Origin: Cercozoa sp. M6MM
Taxonomy: Eukaryota > Protista > Endomyxa: Ascetosporea
Strand: one strand, 5' to 3'
Assembly (NCBI GenBank): GCA_040357565.1
Contig: JBDODJ010000035.1
DNA: 64,000 nt
Numbering within the stretch: position 1 is the stretch's first letter; every line of letters starts with the position of its first letter. A program made the translations under genes and the position numbers. The notes beneath the pieces were generated by a model. The model worked only from the letters and a program-made list of their open reading frames with translations, had not been told where the DNA came from and searched no databases. Positions 1 through 12,787 of this stretch are shown one piece after another.

Positions 1-2674
1 GGGGGGGGGGGTAAGGTAGTATAAACAATATTCCAACCTTCGTTGTCATCAGCGACCGTTGCAGCTCGTCGTCTGTACACAGGGGTAAGGGGTTAAGGGG
101 AGCTAGGGGGGGGGGGTAGCACACCTCGTGTTCCTGTCGGCCACAGCGGCGAGTTCGGCAACGATTTTTTCCTTGTCGTCCTCGGACTCTTGTACCGGTC
201 GCAGGTTGGTGGACGGCATGCTCTGCAGGATGGTCTGGATGTCGGCCTCGAAGCCCTCGTCCATCATCTTGTCGGCCTCGTCCAGCACGATGTAGTGGCA
301 GTGGTCCATGATGACGAAGCGCCGACTCACGCAGTCCACCAGACGGCCCGGCGTTGCGATCAGGATGTCCACGCCCTCGCTCATGCCGGCCATCTGCGTG
401 TCCATCGCCACGCCACCTGTCACACTGCTCGGGGTGGGTGGGGGAGGGGGTAAACGAGACTAAGGTAGGGTAGGAGGCAGAGTACCTGGACACACGAATC
501 TTCATCGGCGCCGCGAAGCGTCGGCATTCATCTTCGATCTGCTGCGCCAACTCACGCGACGGTGCGATCACCTGCACACACCGTTACTCACTCACTCAGT
601 CACACCGTCACCCCCACTCAGTCAGACACGTGGCCACTGGGAAACCACACTGTCTGTTGTGATGTACCACAGCAAGCGGGCCGTCCTGAGGACGCACCTC
701 CTTGAGACGCTCGCGGTACGCGTCCTTCTCCTGCGAGGGGGGGGGGGGGTAAAGAGGGGTAAGAGGGGGAGGGTACAACGTACACCGAGCTGCCACTTGC
801 CGCGCACGCGCCACACGTAGACAAGCATCGGAATCAAGAAAGCGCACGTCTTGCCACTGCCGGTCTGCGCGATACCAACGACGTCGCGGTTGACCAGACC
901 GATCGGAATCGTCGCACGCTGGATCGGCGTCGGGTCCTTGTACCTGTACAAACGTACCATTCATCTGTACCGTCCATGTGTACCATCCATATGCACCGTC
1001 CTCATGTACCACTCCCCATATCTGTACCACTACCACAAAGGCTTACCCGACACTGGAGATGGCCTTGCGCAGCGTGTCCGGCAGCGGACACTCGTGCCAG
1101 CCACGCAACGGACGCGGCAGCTTGCGCGACTGCGCGGGGGGGGGGGGGGGAAGGGGGGGGGGGGGGGGGGGGGGCGCTCCGCTACCACGCCAGAGACGCC
1201 GGCGCCAAGCATGCGGTAGGCGATGCCAAAGTCCTCGTTGAAGATGCGCCAGTCGCGTGCGCGCATCTCGTCGACGCTCTTCTCGCTCCAGTGCCGCGTG
1301 TCGGCATCGAAGCGTCGGTTCTTCTTCTGCATGAGCTGGCGACGACGCTCTTCCTCCTGGGTGGGGAGAAGGAGGGAGGGGTAAAGAGGGGGTAAAGAGG
1401 GGGTAAAGAGGGCGTAAAAGCTACCTTCTCACGATCCTCGCGCGACAGGCGCTCATTGACGAGGCGTTCGTAGGTGTCGTTGGCACGTGCGTCCTGTGCG
1501 GCGTGATCGTAGCCTGCCTGTGGTCACTCACACATCGTCACTCACTCACACACATGTGGAGAAACGCACCAGGTAGCCACGACCAAACCCAATTGCGATG
1601 CGCGCTTTCTTGGCGTACAGCTCGTTCAATTGCTGTCGGGAAGGGGAATCAGGTATGGCAGGGTACGGTAGGGTAGGGTAGGGGCTTAAAGAAGGTAAGG
1701 GGGGGGGGGTAAAGCACAGCGCTACCTCACTGGTGTCGTCCTCAGCACTCCACTCCATAAGCAGTTTCTTGCTGTTCTTCTTTTCCTCACCCACCTGTCA
1801 GGGTAAGGAGTAAGGGTGGGGGTAAAAGGGGGAATGGGAGTTAATGTACCAAACCCTTGCGGCGTGCGCGACCGTGCTTGACGAAAGAAACGCCAGCTGC
1901 CTCTGCGCCGAGGTACTGTGCGCGAATCGCCGTCGATTCGTCCTGCACACTCACAGAGGGGTAAATGGGGGGAGGGTAAAACTAGGAGTGAATGGGATGC
2001 AAAGTAGATGAAGGGGCAGAGTGAAAGGGGGCAAGGGAACAAAGGGGTAAGGAATAAGGGGGAAGGGGTAAGGGATAAGGGATAAGGGGAAATGTTGGGT
2101 AGGGGTAAGTACAATGACAGCGCGTTTCGCTTCGCGTTCATGGCGATCTCTCTCGCGTGCGCGTTCACGTTCGCGTTCGCGTTCACGTTCGCGCTCCCTG
2201 TCGCGGTCGCGTCCTCGGTCACTATGACACTCGGGAACATACAGACAGGTACAAACACATATAAACACATATACAAACACGCATAAAACACATAAAAACA
2301 CAAACACAAAGAGGCACAAACACGGAGTATAGTTGGGAGTACGATCTGTCACGTCGATCGCGATCGCTGCGACTGCTGCGACCTTTGAGAAGCGTCTTGC
2401 GCTCCATCTCGATCGTCTTCTTCTCCTCCTTCTCTTGTTCCTGCAGTTAATTCACTTTTATATCTCTCGAGAAACGCACGTTTCTTCACCTCAGCCAAGG
2501 AATAGCCAGTAAAAGTGAAATCCAATAACGTTGACGAACTTTTTTCTGCTGGAGCTTCTGTTTGGCAAGCTGTTGGCGCGCCTTTTTCGAAACAAAACCG
2601 ACAAGCTTCTTCGCGCCGGCTCCGGCTGCTGCCGAAATGGCGCCTTTACGCGCTCCCACCTTCTTGATGGGCAT
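1..2674 (-). CDS. PRP28: DEAD-box spliceosomal helicase Prp28/DDX23; multi-exon, 3' end runs off the window
   Basis: Spliced exons give MPIKKVG..., an RE/RD-rich N-terminus, [25 protein letters not shown], the Q motif [16 protein letters not shown], motif [16 protein letters not shown] and VLDEADKM. Introns checked are GT-AG. Confidence 0.93.
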
Positions 2675-2842
2675 CCTGACACACGTGGACACTCCTAAAT
2701 CCTCTGTTCACACCACGTATGGACTCAATTGGAGCGCCGGTTGTTTGCGTTTGGTTTTATTTTTGTGACCGGATGCTGGGTTGCTGTCCTGCTGACCGAA
2801 CTTAGTGTTTGAGGCAGTTTGAGCAGCGGAAAAAAGTGTTGG

Positions 2843-5560
2843 ATGTTGCGATCCGCCGGTCTAGCGTGTCGGAGCGGTGCGCGCAGGCAGAATCGGAAGA
2901 TTGCGGGTGCCAGCGATGGCGGCGACTACGACGTCGTTGTGGTCGGCGGCGGGCTGGTTGGCGGCACGGTGGCGGCGCTGTTGCGTGCGCAGCCGCAGCT
3001 GCAGCATCTCAAGGTGGCTTTGATCGAGCCTCGTGTGCCCAAATTGGACGCTTTTGAGCACACCTGGTCTACTGACGAGACACCGCCGACGCTGCGCTGC
3101 TTTGCGATCAATCACGCGTCGGCAGCGGTGCTGCACCAGTGTAGCCAGTCTCTATGTTTCTCTTGGTGCTATTGTTGTTGTTGTTGTTGTTGAAGGGTGG
3201 GTTACCTTGTTCCTGTCGGTGTAGGCGGCGTGTGGCACTCGGCCATGCGCACGGGTCGCGTGACGCCCTACCGCGACATGATCGTTGTCGATGATGGCAA
3301 CACCGGGCATCTACACTGGTATATCCTCCGGCTGCTTATCCCTCTTCTCTTTACTGTCATCCCTTATCCCTTTACTCCCCCCAGGGAGGCCGGAGAGGAA
3401 GGCTCGCTCGGACACATTGCCGAGAACGACTTGCTGCAGCAGCTGCTTCTGCGACGAGTGCTGCAGTCGGTACACTTTTACTGCACCTCCTACCCCTGTT
3501 GACCAACTCTGCCCCCCTGTTTTACTCCCTTTATATCCCCTTGTTTGCTTCCTTCCCCACCTCCGCCGCAGGACGTAACGCTGCTGGAAACCGGCGTGAG
3601 TGACGTGCACTTTGCGCGCGGACAAGGCACCAATGTCAGTCATCCCCCATCCCTTACCCTCTTTATCCTTCCCCCTCTATACCCTAACCCTCTTTACCCC
3701 TAATCATCTTTACCCTTAATCATCTTTACCCCTAACCCTCACCCCCCGTTTTTCCTTGCCCCCCCCCCCCCGTTTTCCCTTGCCCCTCCGATACCTTGCA
3801 TACTCGCAGGGACAGCCCGAGAAGAACACGAAAACGAAAGATTCGCGCGCCCACGTCGAACTCTCCGACGGCTCTGTTTTGGTACTTTACCCCTCTACCC
3901 TGCTCCTTTACTCCCTACTCCTGCACTACCCCTTTACCCTCTATGCCTCGCCTGTAGCGAACGCGTCTGCTGGTGGCAGCGGACGGAGCCAACTCGCCGG
4001 TCAAGAAGGCACTCAAGATCGGTGGTGTGCAGAAGCACTACGTGCAGAAGGGCGTCGTGTGCTCCCTGCGTATGGCGCCGTCTGGTACCTACCCTACCCT
4101 ACTTTACCCTATCCCTATCCCTGCCCTACCCCTGCCCTACCCTACCCTACCTACCTATCTATCGACCTACCTATCTACCGACCTACCTATCTACCTGCCT
4201 ACCTACCTACCTACCTACCTACCTACCTACCTACCTACCTACCTACCTACCTACCTACCTACCTACCTACCTACCTACCTACATACCTACCTACCTACCT
4301 ACCGACCTACCTATCTACTTATTTACCTATCTGTCGACCTACCTATCGACCTGTCTACCTACCTACCTACCTACCTAGCTAGCTATCCCTGTTCTTGTTG
4401 GCCCCAGATGCGCCGAAAACGGCCTTCCAACGATTCACGTCGACGGGTGCGCTGGGCGTGCTGCCGTGCCAGCGTGACTTCTCCTCCATCGTGTACTCTC
4501 TCTGTTCGGGGGAAGGGGGTAAAGGGGTAAGATGGCCGCCATCTGTCAGATGGAGCACATCACCCGCGCACGCCGACGAGCTGCTGTCGCTTGACAATGA
4601 CGAGTTCCTGCGGCACTTTAATCGCGCCATTCGCGGGCACAGGTACTGTCTAGTCAGGCTAGGTTGGGGTGGGGGTAGGGTAGCTGGCTAGGAGTAGGAT
4701 AGGGGGCTTGGGCTGGGTAGGGGTAGAGTATGGGTAGGGTAGGAGTAGGGGAGGGGTAAAGGATGTGGCATGAGAGCAGTGACACCTGGTCGCCGCTGCC
4801 GCAGGAGTTGCAGCGACTGGTGCCGTACCTGTTCCCTCCACTGTCATTGGACCGGTACCCGGAAGCTGTGGAGGTGACATCGCCGCGCGCTGCCTTCCCG
4901 CTGCGTGTGCTGCAGGCGACGCACTACGCCGAGTCGCATGTCGCTCTCGTAGGCGATGCTGCCCATGTGATCCACCCGCTGGCCGGTCAGGGCGTCAATC
5001 TCGGCATTGGCGATGCGCGGCGTCTCGTACACTGTGTCAACAAGGCCGTGCAGTGCGGTGCCTCACTTGGCGATGCCTCTTTCCTGCGAGCCAACTATGC
5101 CGTATTTCCATCTGTTCTGTCCGCCTGCTGACTCTACTATGTAACTTCGCCTAACCAGGAACCCTCGGAGGCACGCGATGCGGCCTCGCTGTTGGGCGTT
5201 GATGCGGTCAAGGGGTATCTCCTTGCCTATGTGCTGCAGCACTTGTGAGCTACACTTGTGCATGCATGAACAGATTGTTTTCGTCGACTTCATTGGATTG
5301 GCTTCGGGTACAACTCCCTTCTACTCGGCTCGTGAATGTCCCTGTGAATTACTCTTACTTCTCTCTCTCTTCCGCCAGGGTGTGGGACTCGACGTCATCA
5401 ACAACTTCCCCGAGGTCAAGAACCGTTTCGCTCAGGAGGCCATGTGGTATCTATATGTCACTGTGTGCAAAACTCATGGATGTGCACTCACTGGTGATAC
5501 CATGATTCCAGGGCGGACGCTCCGGCCGAGCTGCGAGCCACGGCGCGCGAGTTCCTCTAA
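2843..5560 (+). CDS. COQ6: FAD-dependent ubiquinone biosynthesis monooxygenase (COQ6/UbiH family)
   Basis: Exons encode YDVVVVGGGLVG (Rossmann fold), LLVAADGANSPVK, ALVGDAAHVIHPLAGQGVNLGIGD and LRGVGLDVINNFPEVKNRF, after an Arg-rich presequence-like N-terminus. The model closes at TAA 5558-5560. Confidence 0.92.
4085..4385 (+). repeat. (CCTA)n tetranucleotide expansion filling a COQ6 intron
   Basis: Visible acct/ccta tandem array that starts at the GTACCTACC donor. Confidence 0.95.
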
Positions 5561-5821
5561 ATATCACGCAAATGACGGCTCGACGGCGAGTTCTAATGCT
5601 GACTTCGCCTTTAGTTTGGTCACTCATCCGCCGTCACTTCCGGTCGTGTCGTTATTGCATGATCACTGGCGTGGCAGTTTTTCGGCGCTGACTTCGCGCG
5701 GACCGTCTTAGAACGATTCACCGTTGAGTCGTCGGTGAGATAGCTTGTTGGCTTAAAATCTGACCCTAATGACTAGGCATCCGCTACTTAATTGTTTAAA
5801 CAGAAACATCGATCAATCAAG

Positions 5822-7523
5822 CTAAGAAAACAAAAACCGAAGGACGGCGTCCTCTATTTGCTTAGTGCGACAGCATTCTCGCAAATCGGCTATTCCGGTC
5901 CTACCGACGCAAAACAGACATGGAACAAGACGAGCGGCGACATGCCACATGCGAAAGAGCAGAAACTGTACCGACCATTCAGAACAGCAAAACACGCATC
6001 CAGCAGCCAGTCGATCTGGTCTGTGTGACAACACGTCAGAACAGAATAAAACTCTCCTTCATAATTCTTTGTGTTTTTGCACCAAGAAAAGCGGCGTCAG
6101 CAATCGCAAAATCGACGCGCAAGGCCGTCAAAATGATAACTTTGTGCACATGCAGTGGAGCAACGCATTTCCGATCGGCAGGGCGTGCTTCGTGGAGAGA
6201 ACGAAAGCGCTGCACAATGGCGCTCATGTTGGGCCATCTGACATCCGAGTCACACCGATCAAGTACGTCGGTGTCAACGTCTGTGCTGTCAATGACTGTG
6301 CCAGCGAGGGGCAGCACATGTCTCAGACAGTAGCGCAAGTGCCCAACATTGTTGAGTGAGCGCAGGGCAGTCTGCACACTGGCATAGTGCTCGCACTCGA
6401 CGGCATCTTGTAGGTGGGCGCACACGTGTCTTCGAGGGTCGGGTGTGTGCTTGTGCAGCTCGTACAGAGTGCCAGCGGTGTTGTCTAGTGCCATGTGTCG
6501 ACACAGGTAGTGCCACACAGTGTCAGTGAACAAGGTCGACACTGCACCGGCAATCTCCGGGTACAGCTGCACTCGCGTGCGTGAGGTCTGCTGCAAGTAC
6601 ACCTGTTGGATGCAGGCACTCAAAGCTGCAGGTGCGTGCACTGCGTCCCAGTCCAAGTCGCCGAGACTCACTTTTACCTGGGGGAGGGGGCAAAGAATAA
6701 GAGGAAGCTAAGGATAGGTATAAAGGCAGGCACCTGCTGCAAGAAGTCCAAGACGCCTTTGTCAGGACCAAAGTCGCCGCGTAGGGTTCGACACAGCGCC
6801 ACGTGAACGTCGCGAAAGCCACGCTGAAGCTCAAAGTCGCCGCGCAGCAGACGCGACACCTGCGTTTCATTCTGCTCCTGCAGCAGGCCAGGGAGGGTTA
6901 GATACAGAGTAGGAGGTACAGGGGTAAGGATCAAACATACGCCAAACAGCACGCCAAGCGAGTCGATCAGAAATGCGGCATCACGTCGCCGCTGGAGCAC
7001 ATCGAAAGCGGCACGTGCACGACTCATGTGACCACACACAGTGGTCACTGCGACCACGTGTGCCAGCACCTGGTCGCTCACGTGCTCAGCGTGGCCCAAC
7101 CCGGGCAATACGAGCACATGCCGCCGTGTGTCTGCATGGGCTCCACGCACCAGTAGCCAATGCAACTGCAGCAGCCGCAGGTGGTGGTCATTTTGACACG
7201 TGCTCGTTCGGTTCTTTTCGTTCCCTGACCACTGAGAGAGCACGTGCTCGACTCGTGACACTGCGCGCACTGCTTGAGAGCGATTGAGACACCTCGGCTG
7301 TGCTTTTAGCATTGGTGACCTATCATTCCGCATAACTCCTCTTTCGTTCAAACAAGAAATACGGAGCAATCGATTTCTACTTTCACCGAGCGCAACGCGC
7401 TTTTCAGGCACCCGACCACTGCAGAAAATACTATCAAAAGAACAAGCGCACACAATAATAATCACACATACGGAATGATGACGGCTCTGCAAATACGACA
7501 TCGACTACCGAAAGAGTTTCCAT
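5822..7523 (-). CDS. Hypothetical multi-exon protein; boundaries approximate
   Basis: Long open frames (6036-6671, 6720-7070) are flanked by GT-AG introns, with a candidate ATG at 7523 (METLSVVDVVFAEP). No motif recognised. Confidence 0.4.
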
Positions 7524-7694
7524 TTCTGAAACTCACTCTGTTAAAGTCGACACCGCTTTTGCTTATTGTACTTTATAGCTCTCAATAGCGCTCGGCTACG
7601 GTTGGATATCAAACAACTTATTGTCGTGAGTGCTAGGTTAGAAGTGAATCGTGTGCACACGCGTGCCTGTGCTGTTTTGATTGGTCAGGCTTTG

Positions 7695-9367
7695 ATGAAA
7701 CGGTATATCGTTCATAGATTGTGTGAGGCTGGCTTGCATCGAAAAAAGAGTGCTCGTCCAGGCGCAAGTCGATCCCGCAGTTGTTCACGAGTGCCATTTT
7801 GGGCGCCAGTAACAGTGCCCTAGGTGCCTTCTTTCAACTTTTTAAAATCACTTTGCTTGTAACTCGCGCTGAGACGTGAATCAGGCCTGGTGAGTGATGG
7901 AGTGTCGGCACTGCACTCACTGGCCGCCGAAGGCTTTGGCGGACTCACCGATCACCAGGTAGTCTAAGGAGTGAAGGCATTGTAGGAGGTAAAAATTGAG
8001 AGACACTTGTGCAGGCCGAGCGAGTTAACGAAGCCGAGCTAGCGGCGTTCCTGCAGTCGCAGGAGGCATCGCTGCAGCAGGCCGACTTCGAGCCGACTGA
8101 TGCGGCTCTCGCCTTCTTGCAGCAGCACCGTACCCCTCCCCCATTTGCTTCTTCTGCCTCTATACCCTTCTACCCCTTTACTCTTCTCCTTTGCTATTTC
8201 TACCCCTTTTTGACAGCGGTCGAAACGACACCGCAGCTGGTGCAAGCGGTCGAAGCCAAACGCGTCGGTGTCACTCGCGCTCTGCGACGACAGCTGCACA
8301 CCTTCCGCGCGGAAGCCGTTCAGATGGCGACTGAATCGTCCGCGCGTATGTTATTTGACCTCTGTTGTTGCTGTATGGTCACTTTGTGCGTGTGTTTGCA
8401 GTGCTCAAAAGCGTCAACGAAAAGGCGGCGGAAATTCGAACCATTCGCGACGACAGCAGTCTCGTAGTGCTTGTTGTTTTGTTGTTGTTGTTTCGTGTCG
8501 TTGTTGTTTCCGCAAGATCCGACAAACTTGCGCAGGTGCGAGAACGCGCGCAACGGTTGCTCGAAAGTGCCGAAAACGAGGCGCAACTCGTTCTGCAGCA
8601 ACGTGGTACAGTTGCTTTTGGGGTTACGGTGTGAAGGGAGGGCAAGGGGGTAAAGTGAGGGTAAAGGGGTAAAGGGGGTAAGGGAGTATGGCACCTTTGC
8701 AGAGTCGACAGCGTCGAGTGACGAAGAGGAGGAGAACGAAGCCGCGCAGAACTGCATCGACGAGATTCACGCCGCCTTGTTCGAGCGCAACTTTGCCAAG
8801 GCCGTGACCTCGTTGCGCACCCTCAAATACCTCAATGTATGCGTTCAGTTTTACCCCTGCAGGCCTATGTACGAGAACACTCCCTTCCATAGACCGACCG
8901 CAGCAAGGTGTCAGAACTGCGAAAGCGCGTCAAAAACGTCATCGTTCGGCAGCTTTTGCGAGTACCCGATAAACACACTCTTCAACAATAATTTAGGAGA
9001 AACGCTTGTGTCGCAGGAATTCGATCTCGAAATCGACCAAATACACGCCGACTCGACTATTCAAGTCGAGGATCAAGAGACGTCTGTGCAGACAGGCAGC
9101 AGAGATCCTGCGTGCAGCAGCGAGGACGTGCTGAAGCACGCTGCGAGCGAAAGCGGCGGCAACAGTGACGATGCCGAAGTTCGAAAATCCACGCAGTTTC
9201 TGCGCTTTCTGCGTCGCTGCGGCTACTCGCGTCTCGCGTATTTTTGCTCCTTTCCAGTTGCTCTTCCTTTATTTTTCTACCCTTTGGCACAGAGCTAATC
9301 TCGCCGAACGACGTGCAGAACGTCGGTTGAGGGTGCGGTTTTGTTGAGGGAGGAGTGACAGACAACG

Positions 9368-9429
<62 letters not shown>

Positions 9430-11217
9430 GAATGTGGTTGCGTGTGTGTATGTGAATGTGGTTGCGTGTGTGTGTGTGTGTGTGTGTGTTTCAGGCATCG
9501 CTCGTGCAAGTGAGCAGTTTCGCCAGTGTGCTGCACCAACACGTGGAAGAGGTACCCTTTGCACGCACAACACTACGTGAACAAAAGTGCATGTACCGAT
9601 CACGCAGGATGCTTCAGTGGTCGCAAGTGTCTGCTTGGCGGTACAGTTCACTCAGGCATACTGTAATGTATGTTTGTGTGAAGAAATCAAGGCTACCTGT
9701 GACTGCAGAGAGCACTCAGTGAGACGTACTTCAGTGCACTGGCTCGTGAAGCACAGGTGCCATTAGTCCTACCTTTACTCCTTTCCCTTTACCCCCTCCC
9801 TTTTGCACAGGAACTGGTACACGTGTTTGCTCACGACGAAAGCGACAGTGACGACGAGTCCTCGTCCCCGAGTGCACTCACACGTATATGCGCACCTTTG
9901 TTGTTTTGCTGTGTTCTTCCCTACAGGTGGTGCAGTCATAGAGCGCATAAGCCCGTCGCGTGCCTGCCAGATTACGCATTGGATCCAACGACGCACCAAT
10001 GACTTTGTACACCCCGCATACTGTAGTCCTGTTTGAACTCACCTTACTTTATTTGTTTAGTTACCGCGCTTGTTGCCGCCTCAGATGGATGTGTACTATC
10101 TGTCATACTCTGAACATACTGTAGCCACTGTACCTATGATGTGCAGACCAGTGCACGCACTCGGTGCCGTACTAGGTGCTGTGTTTGCGGCGAGAAAGCG
10201 ACATCTGTGGCCGCTTGGGATCGACGATGACTGCATTGGTATTAGTATCTGTGGGATGTGGTTGACGGGCGGTGAAGGTTGCGATAACACTTGCAGTGGC
10301 CGACCAGTTGAGATACACGGCCGTTCAAGTTGTTGATGACGACCTGTTGCACCCGGCCTTCAGTTGCGTGAACGAAGATTTCGCCAGTGTAGCTTTTTTC
10401 CTCTGTGGACTCTTCTTTCCTAATTTGTTGCTTGCTTTAGGACACGTGGGTGTCCACCGAAGTCTCGCTCGGAAAGGACACGCTTCGCATCACTCGATGT
10501 ATCAAGCTTTTGTTATTGCTTTTGCTTTTATTTTACTTTTGCTTTTGCTTTTATTTTACTTTTGCTTTTGCTTTTACTTTTGCTTTTGTTTTGTTTCCCT
10601 TCTCCCAGGCACACAGACGCTGTGCCGCGAGCTGAAGCGAATACTCAACTGTCTGGCCGACATTATTGGTATGTCCTTTTCTTTTTCATTGCGACCTCTT
10701 GGATAAAACACGCGTTTAGCGTTTCCTGGCTTCCGCGCGGAACAGCGCTTGCGCGAAAGAACCGAAAAACCCGAAGAAATCGATTCGTTGCCCCACGTAC
10801 TCTTTTTCATGATCTGCTGCAAAGAACGAACCGTGAGCACTCCCGGTTTTGTTGTTTAGGCACTGTGCTCGGCTCTTTTCAGCAAAAGCGCGAATCGGAT
10901 ACACTCGCTTGTCTATGGTGTTTTCCCTTTTTTTGCGCTTCAGTTTTGTAACTAATTTTTGTGTACAGATGAGGTTTTGGTACGCGTTGTGAAAACAATG
11001 CAACGGCAAGGTACCGAGACTTCCGGCAGTGCAGCAGACAACGGCACCCTGTCGAATGCACAGGTACTGCTGTCTTCTGTTGCTAGCCAAGGTCTGAGAA
11101 CATGGTTCAGCGTGCTCGCAGAGAGCGCGCTGCGTGCAATTGGTTTCACTGTTCGCCAACGTCGACGCGATCGCTTTCGATGTGCTTTTCCTCTTTCCTC
11201 TCGGAAGACTGTCTGTC

Positions 11218-11307
<90 letters not shown>

Positions 11308-12113
11308 TGAGTGAGTGAGTGTGAGTGTGTGTATGATAGGTAATCCCGCGGACTCAGTCACAGCTGGAGTCGATCTTTGGCGCACCAGCGCCGTTGCTCG
11401 AGGCGGCCAAAGATAAAGCCAAGGGTCGTTTCTGGCCCTTCTCGCGTGGGCTGTACTCTGGTTTCTTCCCGCGGAAGCCTGTTGGTACTTGTGAGGAGTG
11501 ATTGTTGAATAGGGCCTGCGAGAAGCTTGCGGATGTCGTGCTGCGCTGTGCGGCGGCGACGCTAGCCGGTGCGGGCACTGCGAATGGCGATGGGGTCTCG
11601 CGCAGCAGCAGCAGCAGCAGTAGCGGTCGCGGCGACGCACGCCGTGCTAGTGGTATTGCCGCCAGCAACATCATCGAGAGTCTCCTGCAGCAGACGCACA
11701 CTCTGCTGCAGGCACATGCACCTCAACGACCGGTACTACCCTTGTCTGTATGTCTCATGTCGGTATCTCCCGTCTAACGTCCCTACAGGTGCTGCAATCG
11801 CTTCTGTTGGCAGAGTTGTGCGTCAACGTGACTCAGGTATATTTTACGGCTTTCGCTCGTATCCATAAACACTGTACCACCTTATTTGTCACTCGCGCAG
11901 AGAGTACAGCAGCAAAATGTCTTCGGCTCCGCCACAGCACTGGCACAGCAGGCCGCCTTCTACGCACTCGACGTTATCGGTGGTCTGAACGACTCGAACG
12001 CATCCGAGGACAGTGTACATCCCGAGGAGCACGCGCTGCTCCAAAAATCTCTGCAGCAACTGCGCGAGTGCTGCGGCGGCCCCGAGTTGCGCGTTTCAGA
12101 CTCTCTTTTCTAA
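7695..12113 (+). CDS. Exocyst subunit Exo84/EXOC8-like helical-rod protein
   Basis: Spliced model starts MKRRKSIPQLF, then ADFEPTDAALAFL (Vps51/Exo84-type N-terminus) and IDEIHAALFERNFAKAVTSL (resembles the start of the Exo84 C-domain). It is all-helical and ends at TAA 12113. Confidence 0.55.
9369..9488. repeat. (TG)n microsatellite. Similar TG/CA arrays lie at 11219-11330, 26320-26396, 26729-26835, 30405-30473, 35276-35461, 54715-54800, 57812-58057 and 58593-58695
   Basis: Direct inspection; almost all are intronic. Confidence 0.95.
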
Positions 12114-12787
12114 TTTAGCACTACAGCATTGCGTGCGTTTCGGTACAAACTGGGACTACTTGTTTATTATTGTCGATGTGACGGAGGCTCTCCATTTGGT
12201 AAACTTGAGTCACGTGCGTCGCGCTAGGGATTGGGGCGCGCGTCTGCGGCCCGGGAGCCCGCAGTGGTCAAGACGGGAGCGTGGAGCTCGCCAAAGTCTT
12301 CTGTCAACGCAGATCAGGTCGCCCAAAAAGGTCGCACATCGTATCCCGGTAGAGGATGATTGCGGGTAGACGTCTGCACGCGCGAGACCAAGCCATATAT
12401 TGGAAGGGTGACTGGACTCCCGCTCCTCCGCTTCGGCCTGCAGATCTGACGCCGAATTAGACTCTTGTGTCAAAATCGTCTGAGCTATCTAACACGTTGT
12501 CGTTGTGACGGTTTGGCAATTTTGGACCAACCGACACGTGCCAAAACTGACGTGTCAAAGTGTTTAAACGCGTGCTAGTGCTTTTGTTGTTCCAAGTTTC
12601 CTAACTTCTGGTTATAGCATTAGGGCTTGTGCTGGTCACCGATCTCATCTTCTGGCCTCCTTTCCAACAACTTTCGTTTCAAAAACTGTCAACAGCCCAA
12701 AACACCTTCCACCTTTGTCCCACAAGCGGCTGAACGCATTATTTCTTCATTCTTGGCAGATACTGTTGTTTCTGAATCAAACCTATC

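Noticed and set aside
3756-4530. ORF-track proteins with PTYL, CVCV, HTHT, SLSL or ERER repeats, here and elsewhere
   Set aside because: These are translations of intronic microsatellites, not real proteins.
8464-8535. Possible GC-AG intron or in-frame transmembrane segment in the EXO84-like gene
   Set aside because: A canonical in-frame GT-AG intron (8464-8535) explains it.
10215-10300. Apparent frameshift in the EXO84-like gene
   Set aside because: It is resolved by using the downstream acceptor ...ACACTTGCAG|TGGCC.
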